Shown here piece by piece: positions 50,601 to 62,473 of a DNA stretch of 64,000 nucleotides. The notes under the pieces were generated by a model. That model saw only the letters and a list, made by a program, of their open reading frames with translations. It was not told the DNA's origin and ran no database searches. Source of the stretch: Pristiophorus japonicus (lineage: Eukaryota); the NCBI RefSeq assembly GCF_044704955.1, contig NC_091999.1:23808001-23872000 (forward strand), written 5' to 3'. The translations under genes were made by a program, and so were the position numbers. The number at the start of each line of letters is the position of its first letter. Position 1 is the stretch's first letter.

Positions 50601-51290
50601 AACTTCTGCCATCTCTTTTAATACCCTGGGATGCATTTCATCAGGATCAGGGGACCTGTCTACCTTGAGTCCCATTAGCCTATCCAGCACTACCCCCGTT
50701 GTGATAGTGATTATCTCAAGGTCCTCCCTTCTCACATTCCCGTGACCAGCAATTTCTGCAATGGTTTTTGTGTCTTCCATTGTGAAGACCGAAGCAAAAT
50801 AATTGTTTAGGGTCTCAGCCATTTCCACATTTCCCAGTATTAAATCCCCCTTCTCATCTTCTGAGGGACCAACATTTACTTTAGTCACTCTTTTCCGTTT
50901 TATATATCGGTAAAAGCTTTTACTATCTGTTTTTATGTGTTGCGCAAATTTACTTTTGTAATCTATCTTTCCATTCTTTATTGTTCTCTTAATCATTCTT
51001 TGCTGTCGATTAAAATTTTCCCAATCTTCTAGTTTCCCACTAACATTGGCCACCTTATACGCATTGGTTTTTAATTTGATACTCTCCTTTATTTCCTTGG
51101 TTATCCACGGCTGGTTATCCCTTCTCTAACCGCCCTTCTTTTTCACTGGAATATATTTTTGTTGAGCACTATGAAATAGCTCCTTAAACGTCCTCCACTG
51201 TTCCTCAATTGTGCCACCGTTTAGTCTGCGTTTCCAGTCTACTTTAGACAACTCTGCCATCATCCCACTGTAGTCCCCTTTGTTTAAGCG
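47660..51290. mobile_element. nest of CR1 fragments in both orientations
   Basis: ORF1 and ORF2 pieces on + (47780-50030), short - tail at ~48160-48310, and a - strand ORF2 piece at 50031-51290. Confidence 0.85.
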
Positions 51291-51769
51291 ACTGTAATAT
51301 AAATAGAGACAGGGTCTCGTGTAATGTAAACAGAGACAGGGTCTAGTGCAATGTAAGTAGGGACAGGGTCTAGTGTAATCTCAGCAGAGACAGGGTCTAG
51401 TGCAGTAATACATTTTAAATCTCTGGCTTGTGGTTACTGTCCGTCCTACCAGTGGTAAAGTTTTCTAACTATTTACTTGATTAAAACTCCTCATAATTTT
51501 GATCGCCACTATTAAATCTGCCTTAACATTCTCGGATATAAGGAGCACCGTCCCAGTTTCCAGCTGTTCTACTGATGCACCTCATGAACATCCAGATGAG
51601 GATTCGCTAAGATTTGATCCCATTTTACAACAGTGCCAGAATATCATCCCAGGCAAGATAAGAGCATTATCCCCAGGAATTAAACCGATTGTGTAAGACT
51701 CGTCTCAGGCAATGAACTTTGGACACTCTGAACTAAATGACAACATCTAAAAAATTAAGCTGTGACGTG

Positions 51770-52225
51770 CTAAAGCCCCGGTACAATGGGATCACTCTCA
51801 CCTCTGAGTGAGAAGGCTGTGGGTTCTCAACCCCTCTTCACAGACTGAGCACATAATCTCGGCTGGCACTCCCGGTACCAGTACCGAAGGAGAAGGGGAG
51901 GGGGGGCTATATTGACGGTGGAGCAGTCTTTCGGATGAGACGTTACATCTGCTGAGTCTTCACTCACAGTTGGATGTAAGAGATTGAGTGGCACAATTTT
52001 AAATAGCAGGGGAGTTCACCCCGAAGTCCATTACACATACTTATCCATTAACCAGCATCGCTAAAGAACAGATTCTGTGGTTATTATCACATTATGTTTG
52101 TGGGAGCTTTCTGTGTGCAATTTGACTCCACGTTTCCTGCATTACAAAAGTGACTACACTTCAAACGTACTTCATTATAAAGCACTTTTGGACATTCTGA
52201 GGACGTGAAAGACGTGAAAGTTATT
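51770..52225 (+). mobile_element. tRNA-derived SINE with Deu domain (shark DeuSINE-like)
   Basis: Head ...CACTCTCACCTCTGAGTGAGAAGGCTGTGGGTTC, core GTCTTTCGGATGAGACGTTA, and L2-like tail AAAGCACTTTTGGACATTCTGAGGACGTGAAAG. Confidence 0.7.
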
Positions 52226-53064
52226 TCTAAACGTCAACATTTAAAATACACGTTGCAATGGGTGACTCCTCTGTTCGCTGTTTTAACTTGTTTATTTTAA
52301 GTGGCTGGAATCTTACGCTAAATGGACATCCAGTGAATTACTGATCTGTTCAGCGAGGTTCCATTGACATTGGTAGCAGAATTTTCAGAATTGAATTATT
52401 AATTTTAATATGTTCCCTTTGATATAAATCACATCTCTTCTAATTGAACAAATCAAAAACCGATGTCACAGCTGGAGATATTTCCATTTCTTTGTACCAA
52501 CTACCAATATTCATAAAATAAACCCGTGCTGTGAGTTAAAACTAATCAGTAAATGACTTTGTGGATCTGCTTTTGTTGCCATGAACACTTCATGGAAACC
52601 TGTGAGGTGTTTATGTAAATAAACGCAGAAATAGAAGTCCCAGATTAGAATAGTGAACGACAGAATAGAAATAAACAGAGAAAGAAACGCTAATGTCTCA
52701 ACGGATTCCAGCAACAATTGATGTTTGGGATATTTATTTTCAGTTATTGGTGAACAAATCAACGATGTTATCCGCGGCCAGAATAGGGAAAGATTCTAGT
52801 CACCGTACATAGTCACAGCTCAAATGTATTCGTGGCATTTCTCTGTATCCCCTCCCTCTCTGCCTCTCTCTACTATCCCCACCTTTTGCCTTGCCTCTAA
52901 AGAATGCGTCATTATTTTTACTTCACAATAAGAAGTCAATGTCAAACAAAAATATTCTCTAAGGTCTATTTCCAGGCCTCAAACCAAATTGGTGGGTGTG
53001 CGGAGAGGCAGCTTTATAATAAAATATATCATGTGAACTCAATGATCTTGGGTGTTTGATGTGA

Positions 53065-53400
53065 CTCTGTAGCGGGAACTTTACTCTGCATCTAACTACG
53101 TGCTGTACCTGCCCTGCGAGTGTTTAATGGGACGGTTTCGAGGGAGCTTTTCTCTGCATAGACCAGTGATGTACCTGCTCTGGAAGAGTTTGATGGGACG
53201 GTGTAGAGGGGGCTTTACTCTATAGCTTACCCGTGCTGTACCTGCCCTGGGGGCGTTTGATATGACGGTGTAGAGGGAGCTTTATTGTTTTTCGAATCGT
53301 GCTGTACCTGAGCTGGGAGTGTTTGATGGGACAGCATCGAGGGAGCTTTTCTTTGCATAGACCCGCGCTGTCCCTGCCCTGGGAATGTTTGATGGCACAG
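53065..53400. repeat. ~67-bp shark satellite-like repeat, ~5 copies
   Basis: GTAGAGGGAGCTTTACTCTG...CGTGCTGTACCTGCCCTGGGAGTGTTTGATGGGAC units. Confidence 0.85.
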
Positions 53401-53639
53401 TGTGACATCACTATCGCAGAAAATTGTTTTTGTCAGTGCAACTTCCTGTATATTGCATTTCGTGTTTACCTCTTTGACATCATCACGTCAGCAACACGTA
53501 AACAATGGGTGACCTCATTGTTTACAACAAAGCAGCGTCATGAACGTGATTTGGTCGCCATAGCTTCATCGGTGCGACGTCTGACCCTCAGCCAAATGGA
53601 TTGCTCGATTTGACCTATATAGACACATCTATACCCCAG

Positions 53640-56600
53640 GGTCTAGTGCAGTAATAACCGAGACATGTCCAAGTATAACATAGACAGAGAGAGGATATAG
53701 TGTAATATCTACAATGACAGGGACCAGTGTAAAATATAAACACACAGCGTCTAGTGTAATATAAACAGAGACAGGGCCTAGTGTAATATAAAGAGAGACA
53801 GTGTCTAGTGTAATATAGAAAATAAAGGGGCTAGTGTAATATAAACAGAGACGATATCTAGTGTAATATAAAAAGTGCAGGGTCTAGTGTAATATAAACA
53901 GAGACAGTGTCTAGTGTAATGTAAAAAATACAGAGTCTAGTATAATATAAACAGAGACAGGGCCTAGTGTAATATAAATAGAGACAGGGTCGAGTGTAAT
54001 ATAAATAGAGACAGCGTCTAGTGTAATATAACCAGAGACAGGACCAATCTATTATAAAGAGACAGGGGATAGTATAATATAAATAGTGACAGGGTCCAAC
54101 ATAATATAACAAAGGATAACGTGCTCTAATACTAACTAATACATGAGATATTGTAGTAGAAACATTGACATTTTCGAGTGCAATATAAACTGAGACATAT
54201 CGAGTGTAATATAAAGAGAGACATGAACTAGTGAAATATTGACAGAAACATGGTGTACGGTCATATAAACAGAGACAGCGTCTAGTTCAGTAGTAACTGA
54301 GAATGGGTCTAATGTATTATAACGGAGGGTCCAGTACTGTGATAACTGATACAGAGCCGAGCATAATATAAGCAGAGACACGGTCTAGTGCAGTGTAACT
54401 GAGACAGTATCCACAGTAATAAAATTGATCCCGAGACTTGTGCAGTAATAACTGAGACAGGGCCTTGTGCAATCCGAAAAGAGAGATGATCGAGTGTAGT
54501 TATAATTAAACAGGGTCCAGAGTAATTTAAACATATAGAATGCCTGGAATAATTTGATGGTAACATTCCAGCCATGCGAATCTTCATGTCTGTCTGACTG
54601 TCTATCTGTCTGTCGTTCGGTCGGTCGGTCCATTCGTCTGTCCGTCCATCCGTCGATTCGTACTTCTATCCATCTATCTGTACTTCTATCTAATATTACA
54701 CTAGAACCTGGCTCTCTTAAGGCCCTGTCCCTGTTAATATTACACGGGACCCTGTCTCTGTTTATATTACCCGTGTCCCTGTCTCTGTTTATATTGTACC
54801 AGACCCTGTCTCTGTTTATATTGCACTAGACTCTGTCCCAGTTTATATTACACTAGACACTGTCTCTGTTTATATTAGTCTCGACCCTGTCTCTGTTTAT
54901 ATTATAATGGACCCTGTCGGTGTTTATATTATTCTGGACCCTGTCCCAGTTTATATTGCACTAGACCCTGCCTCTGTTTATATTACAGTAGACTCTGTCT
55001 CTGTTTTTATTACACTAGACCCTGTCTCTGTTTATATTACACTAGACCCTGTCCCAGTTTATATTACACTAGACACTGTCTCTGTTTATATTGTACTAGA
55101 CCCTGTCTCTGTTTATATTACACTAGACCCTGCCTCTGTTTACATTACATTAGACCCACTCCCAATTCATATTACACTAGAGACTGTCTCTATTTATATT
55201 AGTCTAGACCCTGTCTCTGTTTATATTCGACTAGACCCTGTCTCTGTTTATATTACACTGGACCATGTTTCTGTTTATATTAAACTAGACCCTGTCTCTG
55301 CTTATATTACACTAGACCCTGTCTCTGTTTATATTGTTCCAGACACTATCCCTGTTTATATTACACTAGACTCTGTCTCTGTTTATATTACACTAGACCC
55401 TGTCTCTGTTTATATTGTACTAGACACTGTCTCTGTTTATATTACACTAGACCCTGCCTCTGTTTACATTACACTAGACCCTCTTCCAGTTCATATTATA
55501 CTGGACCCTGTCTCTGTTTATATTAAACTAGCTCCTGTCTCTGTTTATTTTACACTAGACCCTATCTCTCTTCATATTACACTAGACCCTGTCTCCGTTT
55601 ATATTAAACTAGACCCTGTCTCTGTTTATATTACACTAGACACTGTCTGTGTCTATATTCTTCTTAACACTATCCCTGTTTATATTGGACTCGACCCTGT
55701 CTCTGTTTATATTAAACTAGACGCTGCCTCTGTTTTTGTTACACTAGACCATGTCTCTGTTTATATTACACCAGACACTGCCACTGTTTATATTCTTTCT
55801 GACACTATCCCTGTTTATATTACACTAGACCCTGTCTCTGTTTGTATTACACTAGACTCTGTCTCTGTTTATATTACACTAGACCCTGTCTTTGTTTATA
55901 TTCTTCCAGACACTATCCCTGTTTATATTACACTAGACCCTGTCTCTGTTTATAATACACTAGACCCTGCCTCTGTTTATATTACACTGGACACTGTCTC
56001 TGTCTATATTCTTCTTAACACTATCCCTGTTTATATTGGACTCAACCCTGTCTCTGTTTATATTAAACTAGACCCTGTCTCTGTTTATATTACACTAGAC
56101 CATGTCTCTGTTTATATTACACCAGACACTGCCTCTGTTTATATTCTTTCTGACACTATCCCTGTTTATGTTATACTAGACCCTGTCTCTGTTTGTATTA
56201 CACTAGACCCTGTCTCTGTTATATTACACTAGACCATGTCTCTGTTTATATTACACCAGACACTGCCTCTGTTATATTCTTTCTGACACTATCCCTGTTT
56301 ATATTACACTAGACCCTGTCTCTGTTTGTATTACACTAGACCCTGTCTCTGTTTATATTACACTAGACCCTGTCTCTGTTTTTATTCTTCCAGGCACTAT
56401 CCCTGTTTTTATTACACTTGACCTTGTCTCTGTTTATAATACACTAGACCCTGTCTCTGTTTATACTACACTAGACCCTGTCTCTGTTTATTTTACTCCA
56501 GACCCTGTATCTATTTATATTACACTGGACCCGGTCTCTGTTCATATCACACAAGACCCTGTCTCTGTTTATATTCTTCCAGACACTATCCCTGTTTATA

Positions 56601-57315
56601 TTACACTAGACGCTGTCTCTGTTTATAATACACTAGACCCTGTCTCTGTTTATAATATACTAGACACTGTCTCTGTTTATACTACATTAGACCCTGTCTC
56701 TGTTTATATTACACCAGACACTACCTCTGTTTATATTCTTTCTGACACTATCCCTGTTTATATTACACTCGACCCTGTCTCTGTTTATAATACACTAGAC
56801 CCTGTCTCTGTTTATACTACACTAGACCCGGTCTCTGTTTATTTTACTCTAGACCCTGTCTCTATTTATATTACACTGGACCCTGTCTCTGTTAATATCA
56901 CACAAGACCCTGTCTCTGTTTATATTCTTCCAGACACTATCCCTGTTTATATTACACTAGACCCTGTCTCTGTTTATAATATACTAGACACTGTCTCTGT
57001 TTATACTACATTAGAATCTGTCTCTGTTTATATTACACTAGACCCTCTCTCTGTTTATATTACACTAGACCATGTCTCTGTTTATATTACACCAGACACT
57101 ATCTTTGTTTATAATCTTTCTGACACTATCCTTGTTTATATTTCACTAGACCCTATCTTTGTTTGTATTACACTAGACTCTGTCTCTGTTTATATTCCAA
57201 TGGACACTGTCTCAGTTTATATCACACGAGACCCTGTCTCTTCTTATAATACGCCAGGCATTGTCACTGTTTATATTATCTTCGACACTGTCTCTCTTTT
57301 TATTACACCAGATCA
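53640..57315. repeat. 27-bp satellite in two inverted arrays
   Basis: AGACAGGGTCTAGTGTAATATAAACAG at ~53640-54520; its reverse complement GACCCTGTCTCTGTTTATATTACACTA at ~54690-57315; a few more copies at ~51290-51410. Confidence 0.92.
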
Positions 57316-58129
57316 TCTTTCCTTTTCAAATATATATTGATTTCCCTATTTGAAAGTTATAATTAAATTTGCTACCATCACCCTTCCAGACACTACATTC
57401 CAGGTTATTACAACTCGCTGCATAAAAAATCTCCTTATCTCCCGTCTGGATTTATTTTTTCATTCATCTTAATCTTTGTGTTCTGGTTACCGATAAACCT
57501 GCCGATAGAATCCCCACCTTACTATCAACTCAATGAAACCCCTTCACAATTTTGAAAACATCTGTTAATCTCCCCTAAGCATTCCCTGCTATAATAAGAA
57601 TAAACCCATCCTCTCTCGTCTCCAGAAAACTGAACTCCCTCATGCCTTGCACCAATCTCCTCTGCATCCTCGACAAGAGCCCGACAATCTTCTTAAAATT
57701 TGGATTGAAAAAAATTCAATCTTTATTTGCCCTTCAGATTATTTCTAAGGATACATGCTCCCTTCAAATTTGACTGACTGAGAAGCATTAATTATATTGT
57801 TTTACTTGTTTTGACAAAATGGACGGTGACTGAAATGCTCAGCAACATCCGTCTCCACATGACTCATGTATCAATATGATCATTGTCGCCACCTGCTGAT
57901 AAACGACATCTACTGCAAGCTCCAGAGCTTACTTCAAACATGATTCATAACACCCACAACAATAACTTGCTTGAACGTTTACCCAGAGGATTTTTTTTAG
58001 AACAAACCACAAGAGGTGCAGATGATCAGGAAGTATCAAGGGCGGAATTAGCAAAATTATTATTGCAAATTCACCTTCAGCTCATCATACAGAGCGGTCA
58101 GATTAGATAAACTTCCATAATGAATAAAA

Positions 58130-59540
58130 ACCTCACAGGAAAAATGGTGCAACCGTGGCTAACAAGGGAAGTTAAAGATAGTATTAGATTAAATTAACAG
58201 CCATGGAATGTTGACAAAAAGAGTAGTAAGCCCGAAAATTAGGAAGATTTTGGAATTCTGCAAAAGATGCACATGCAACTGATAATATGGGAGAAAATAT
58301 AAAATTAAATAAGCTATCAAAATCTACAAACAGATGGTTAGAGCTTCTACACGTGTATAGAAAGATGACTTAAATTAGCGTACTTTACAATACAAAGGTA
58401 GATAGGACAGTAAACAGTGAGGAAGAAGTAAGGAGGCTGCAAAGGGATATTGACAGGTTAAGTGAGTGGGCATGAACATGGCAGATTGAGTATAATGTGG
58501 AGAAGTGTGAAGTTACGCACTTTGGTAGGACAAATAGAGACGCAGAAAATTTTTTAAATGCTGAGAAACTGGGTAATATTGTTATTCAGAAACACCTGGA
58601 TGGCCTTGTACACGAATCACAGAAAGCTAACATGGAGCCAAAGTGAGCAATTAGGAAAGCAAATGGTAAGCAACATTTTATTGCAAAGGGATTGGAATAT
58701 TAGAAAAAAGAAGCCTTCATGCACTTATATAGGGCTCTGCTGAGACTACACCTGGTGTATCGTGTACAGTTTTGTTCTCCTTATCTAAGGAAGGATGCAC
58801 TTGCCTTGGAGGGAGTGCATCTCAGGTTCATCAGACTGATCTGATTCCTGGGACGGCGGCGGGGGCGTGAGGCTGTTCTATCAGGAGAGATTGAGTATCT
58901 AATGTCCATATTTCCTCGGAAATCACAACATAAGAACATAAGAATTGGGAGCAGGAGTAGGCCATATGATTCAGCGAGCCTGTTCCGTCATTCAACGGGA
59001 TCATGGCTGCTCTTCTACCTCAACTCCCCTTCCCTGCACTATCCACATATCTTAATGGAAACATATGCAGGGCTTCAGGGAAATGGCGGGGGATTGGTCA
59101 ATTATACAAAGTACGTCAAGTGTGGTCTAACCATGTTTAGCATAACTATTTCACGTTTCAATTCTATCCCTCTCGAAATAAACCCGAGTGTAGGTGTTCT
59201 TCTTTTTATAGCATTATTAACCTGCGTCGCTACCTTTAGTGATGTGTGTATTTGCATTCTCAGAGACCTGTGTTCCTCCATCCCACATAGATTCTTATTT
59301 TAAACGTGATAAGTGACCTCCTTATTTTTCTCACCAAACTGTAATAACTCATACTTGTCTGTGTTGAAATTAATTAGTCAGTCCGTGTATTCTTTTAATT
59401 AGTTGCAGTGTTCCACAGTATTTAAACGCCGACCCGCCCGCCCCAAGTGCATTGGTAAAATTTAGATATTGTGTGTTTGACTCCAAAATCTAAATTGTTA
59501 ATATAAGTTGTGAACAATAGTGGACCCAGCACTGACCTTT
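58130..59540. mobile_element. old CR1 fragments (+ 58130-58900; - 58930-59540)
   Basis: DIDRLSEWA..WQIEYNVEKCEV-like DNA; AAGAACATAAGAA tail; CWVHYCSQ/VLGPLLF before the gap at 59541-59869. Confidence 0.75.
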
Positions 59541-61407
59541 NNNNNNNNNNNNNNNNNNNNNNNNNNNNNNNNNNNNNNNNNNNNNNNNNNNNNNNNNNNN
59601 NNNNNNNNNNNNNNNNNNNNNNNNNNNNNNNNNNNNNNNNNNNNNNNNNNNNNNNNNNNNNNNNNNNNNNNNNNNNNNNNNNNNNNNNNNNNNNNNNNNN
59701 NNNNNNNNNNNNNNNNNNNNNNNNNNNNNNNNNNNNNNNNNNNNNNNNNNNNNNNNNNNNNNNNNNNNNNNNNNNNNNNNNNNNNNNNNNNNNNNNNNNN
59801 NNNNNNNNNNNNNNNNNNNNNNNNNNNNNNNNNNNNNNNNNNNNNNNNNNNNNNNNNNNNNNNNNNNNNACTGATACACCAGCTGACTGCTGCTAATGAC
59901 ATGATGTCTGAGACTTTGGATATATTTCCTTTCCTGCAATATGTGAATAGTTACACACATTTACACAACGAAAACATTTTACTTAACACCAGTTCTGTTA
60001 TTGGGTAGATGTGTATATAAATAGGTCTTTTCACAACGTAAATTGTTTGAAGTTGGCTTCCAGGCATGCGGTCAGTAGAGAGAAAACTGACCTTTGATGG
60101 AGTGCACAGAACCCCAGATGCTTCCTGAAAATGACACTGGTGTTCGAGGCTCGCTGACGGCAGTCGGTTGGGTTACTGCCAAATATTGTGCGGGTCAGAT
60201 TAGCGTGAACAAGAATGAGAGAAAGATGGTATTTAACTATTTAAATATTACATTATTCAGTCGAACTTTTAAAATAAGAAACATTTTACATCGTATAACA
60301 TCTCAAGAATGATTTTACGTAAATTGCATGCTCACAATATTACAAAACAGGATCGGAAAATAATGAATTGATACACACAGTACCTAATGAAAACTATTTC
60401 CAAATAAAGACCATTCTAAATCTTTCAGTCGATTTATTCAGTACAGCATGAAGTGCTGGAGAGAGGTTTAATGTCCTCACCCCACACTGTAATGAGATGA
60501 GTGGGATTCGCAAAGTAACTAAAACAGGTTGAAGTGCCTTGAATATTCTCACAGAGAAGTGCCAGCTGCACTTCTTTAATATTCTCACAGAATTTTGCGC
60601 CTGGTCTAAACTAATGTCTCCATTATTCGTGATCAGTAGCCGCGCAGTGTGCAGTGTAATTTGAACTGATTTGGATCGCTGAACAAGCCCTCTCACAGCC
60701 CGGCTACCAGTGGGTGGTGAAAGGCCCAGATTGTGATCTGTTTCTGCTGGAGATGAAGCATTTATTCCTGTGATATTCTGTAACATATCACTATGTCCTG
60801 ATAGACCGTGTTCCTGTTACCCGTGTCTGTTACACATTCGGTCGCTATTAAAGTTAGCTGCAAGGATTTGGATGTCGAGGTTTGCTGATCACATTATCGA
60901 TTCTGATTCACCAGCTTCTCTCATAAAACGCTGGTCTGAAGCGGGCGGGCCCCACTTTCTTATGTGTCTTCGTCAACTCACTCCTTAATCATCAGACAAG
61001 TGGACTTATTTTACAGCTAAATTTTACAGCTAAACGGCTGTCTTAGAGTCACAGACTCAGGGGCATTAGTGAAATGCAGTGAGAGACAATTGTATAATGT
61101 GAGGAGTATGATATCATCTCCAGAACAAAAGTGTAGCTTCAGCCAAGTACACTGTAAATAGAATCACATTACCCATCTACCGCACTCGGGTACATAGAGT
61201 GATATCAATTCAGATTATAGGGGATACTTTACTGGTACAGTTGCATGGATAGATAGCGGGAGATGTAAAAGCACAAACTGGCCGTGTGTTTAGATCCTGA
61301 TAATGTAATTCAATCTCAAAGATTTACATCCCCTGTGAAAGAGTGAGGAATAAAGGGATTTAATTTACAGTCCAGATGTGAGTCCATTCTGTTGGTGATG
61401 TGGAAAG

Positions 61408-61417
61408 AGTGACGTGG
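61408..61417 (+). promoter_or_regulatory. CRE/TCR-decamer-like element upstream of VH
   Basis: AGTGACGTGG about 165 nt upstream of the ATG; no ATGCAAAT or ATTTGCAT seen in the ~300 nt before the ATG. Confidence 0.4.
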
Positions 61418-61582
61418 ATACAGAAACCGCTTCTATCAGGGAATCAATGGGTGGCGCCTTTAACCTCGCCCCCATCTCCCGGGTATTTAGCTGCCGGCCA
61501 CTGGGAGCGCAATACAACAGTCTGGGAGTGGGTTTGCTCAGTGAGTTCTTGCCAGAACCAGTCACCACACATTGCCAGGAGG

Positions 61583-62076
61583 ATGAGGTCGGCGATTGCT
61601 TTCGTTTTGTTGCTGGCTTTACTTTCCCGTGAGTCGTTTTTATTGTCCAATTCTCTCATTGTTACTGTCTCAGTGATAGTCTCTCTATGGAATTTTACAG
61701 AGTCAGGAATCATTTCTCGAGGATTGATCCTCGGGGTATTTTGATTATTTTTACAGGTGTCCAGTCGGATGTGGTGTTGACTCAGCCCGAGGCAAAGACC
61801 AGGATTTCCTGAGGCTCCCTGAGACTGACCTGTAAACCAGCGGGTTCGATCTTAGCGGCTATGGTATGAACTGGGTCCGCCAGGTTCCCGGACAGGGGCT
61901 GGATTGGCTGGTTTACTACTACACTCCAGCGAGCAACAATAACGTCCCAGGGATTGAGAGCCGATTTACTGCATCCAAAGACACTTCAAACAACATCTTC
62001 ACGTTGGACATGAAGAACATGAGGAGCGAAGACACCGCCATCTATTACTGTGCAAGGAAGGACTATGGGAGTGGGT
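61583..62076 (+). pseudogene. IGHV: IgM-type VH already joined to a D in the genome (leader 61583-61628; V-D exon 61757-62076)
   Basis: MRSAIAFVLLLALLS R|gtgagt; acceptor ttacag. [108 protein letters not shown] at 61810-61812 and a 1-nt deletion near 61836. About 19 extra nt separate CAR from the heptamer. Confidence 0.93.
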
Positions 62077-62114
62077 CACGGTGCAATACAGAGCGAGCTC
62101 TCCATACAAAAACC
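62077..62114 (+). other. 22-spacer RSS (3' RSS of D1)
   Basis: CACGGTG - CAATACAGAGCGAGCTCTCCAT (22) - ACAAAAACC. Confidence 0.92.
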
Positions 62115-62204
62115 CCAGACAGGGAGTTTGCTCAAACCTGCGACCATTACCACGCCAGGAGCGTCGAAGGAACTGAGGCTTAAATAAAAATAATTAGAAA
62201 TAAG

Positions 62205-62239
<35 letters not shown>

Positions 62240-62445
62240 AATGTATAACAGTTTTCTTCTTTATTACTATTGATTGCCATGTTGAACATGCACAGATGCT
62301 TCAGAAGTATTCCAATCATTTTTGTAAATATAATGAACGGTACAAAATGAAATATCTCGCTGATTCACTCTTACGATAGTCGGAATCGGGTTTTTAGAGC
62401 TGGGTGGAATTTAATCTCTGTATTTTACAGTTAACAGTCCGCCGG

Positions 62446-62473
62446 AGTATTTGACACAACGTGTCTCACTCTG
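62446..62473 (+). other. 12-spacer RSS directly upstream of JH (interpreted as the 5' RSS of D2)
   Basis: AGTATTTGA - CACAACGTGTCT (12) - CACTCTG; no nonamer at 22/23 spacing. Confidence 0.8.

Noticed and set aside
54907-56232. 441-aa ORF of LDPVSVYIT repeats
   Set aside because: It is the translation of a 27-bp satellite whose unit lacks a stop in one frame. The array extends beyond the ORF and occurs inverted nearby; no gene structure.
60394-60700. Minus-strand KLHCTL / LHAVLNKSTERFRMVFI, reminiscent of a fifth TCR V
   Set aside because: No WY motif, YYC or RSS in register; too degenerate to call by eye. A profile search would decide.
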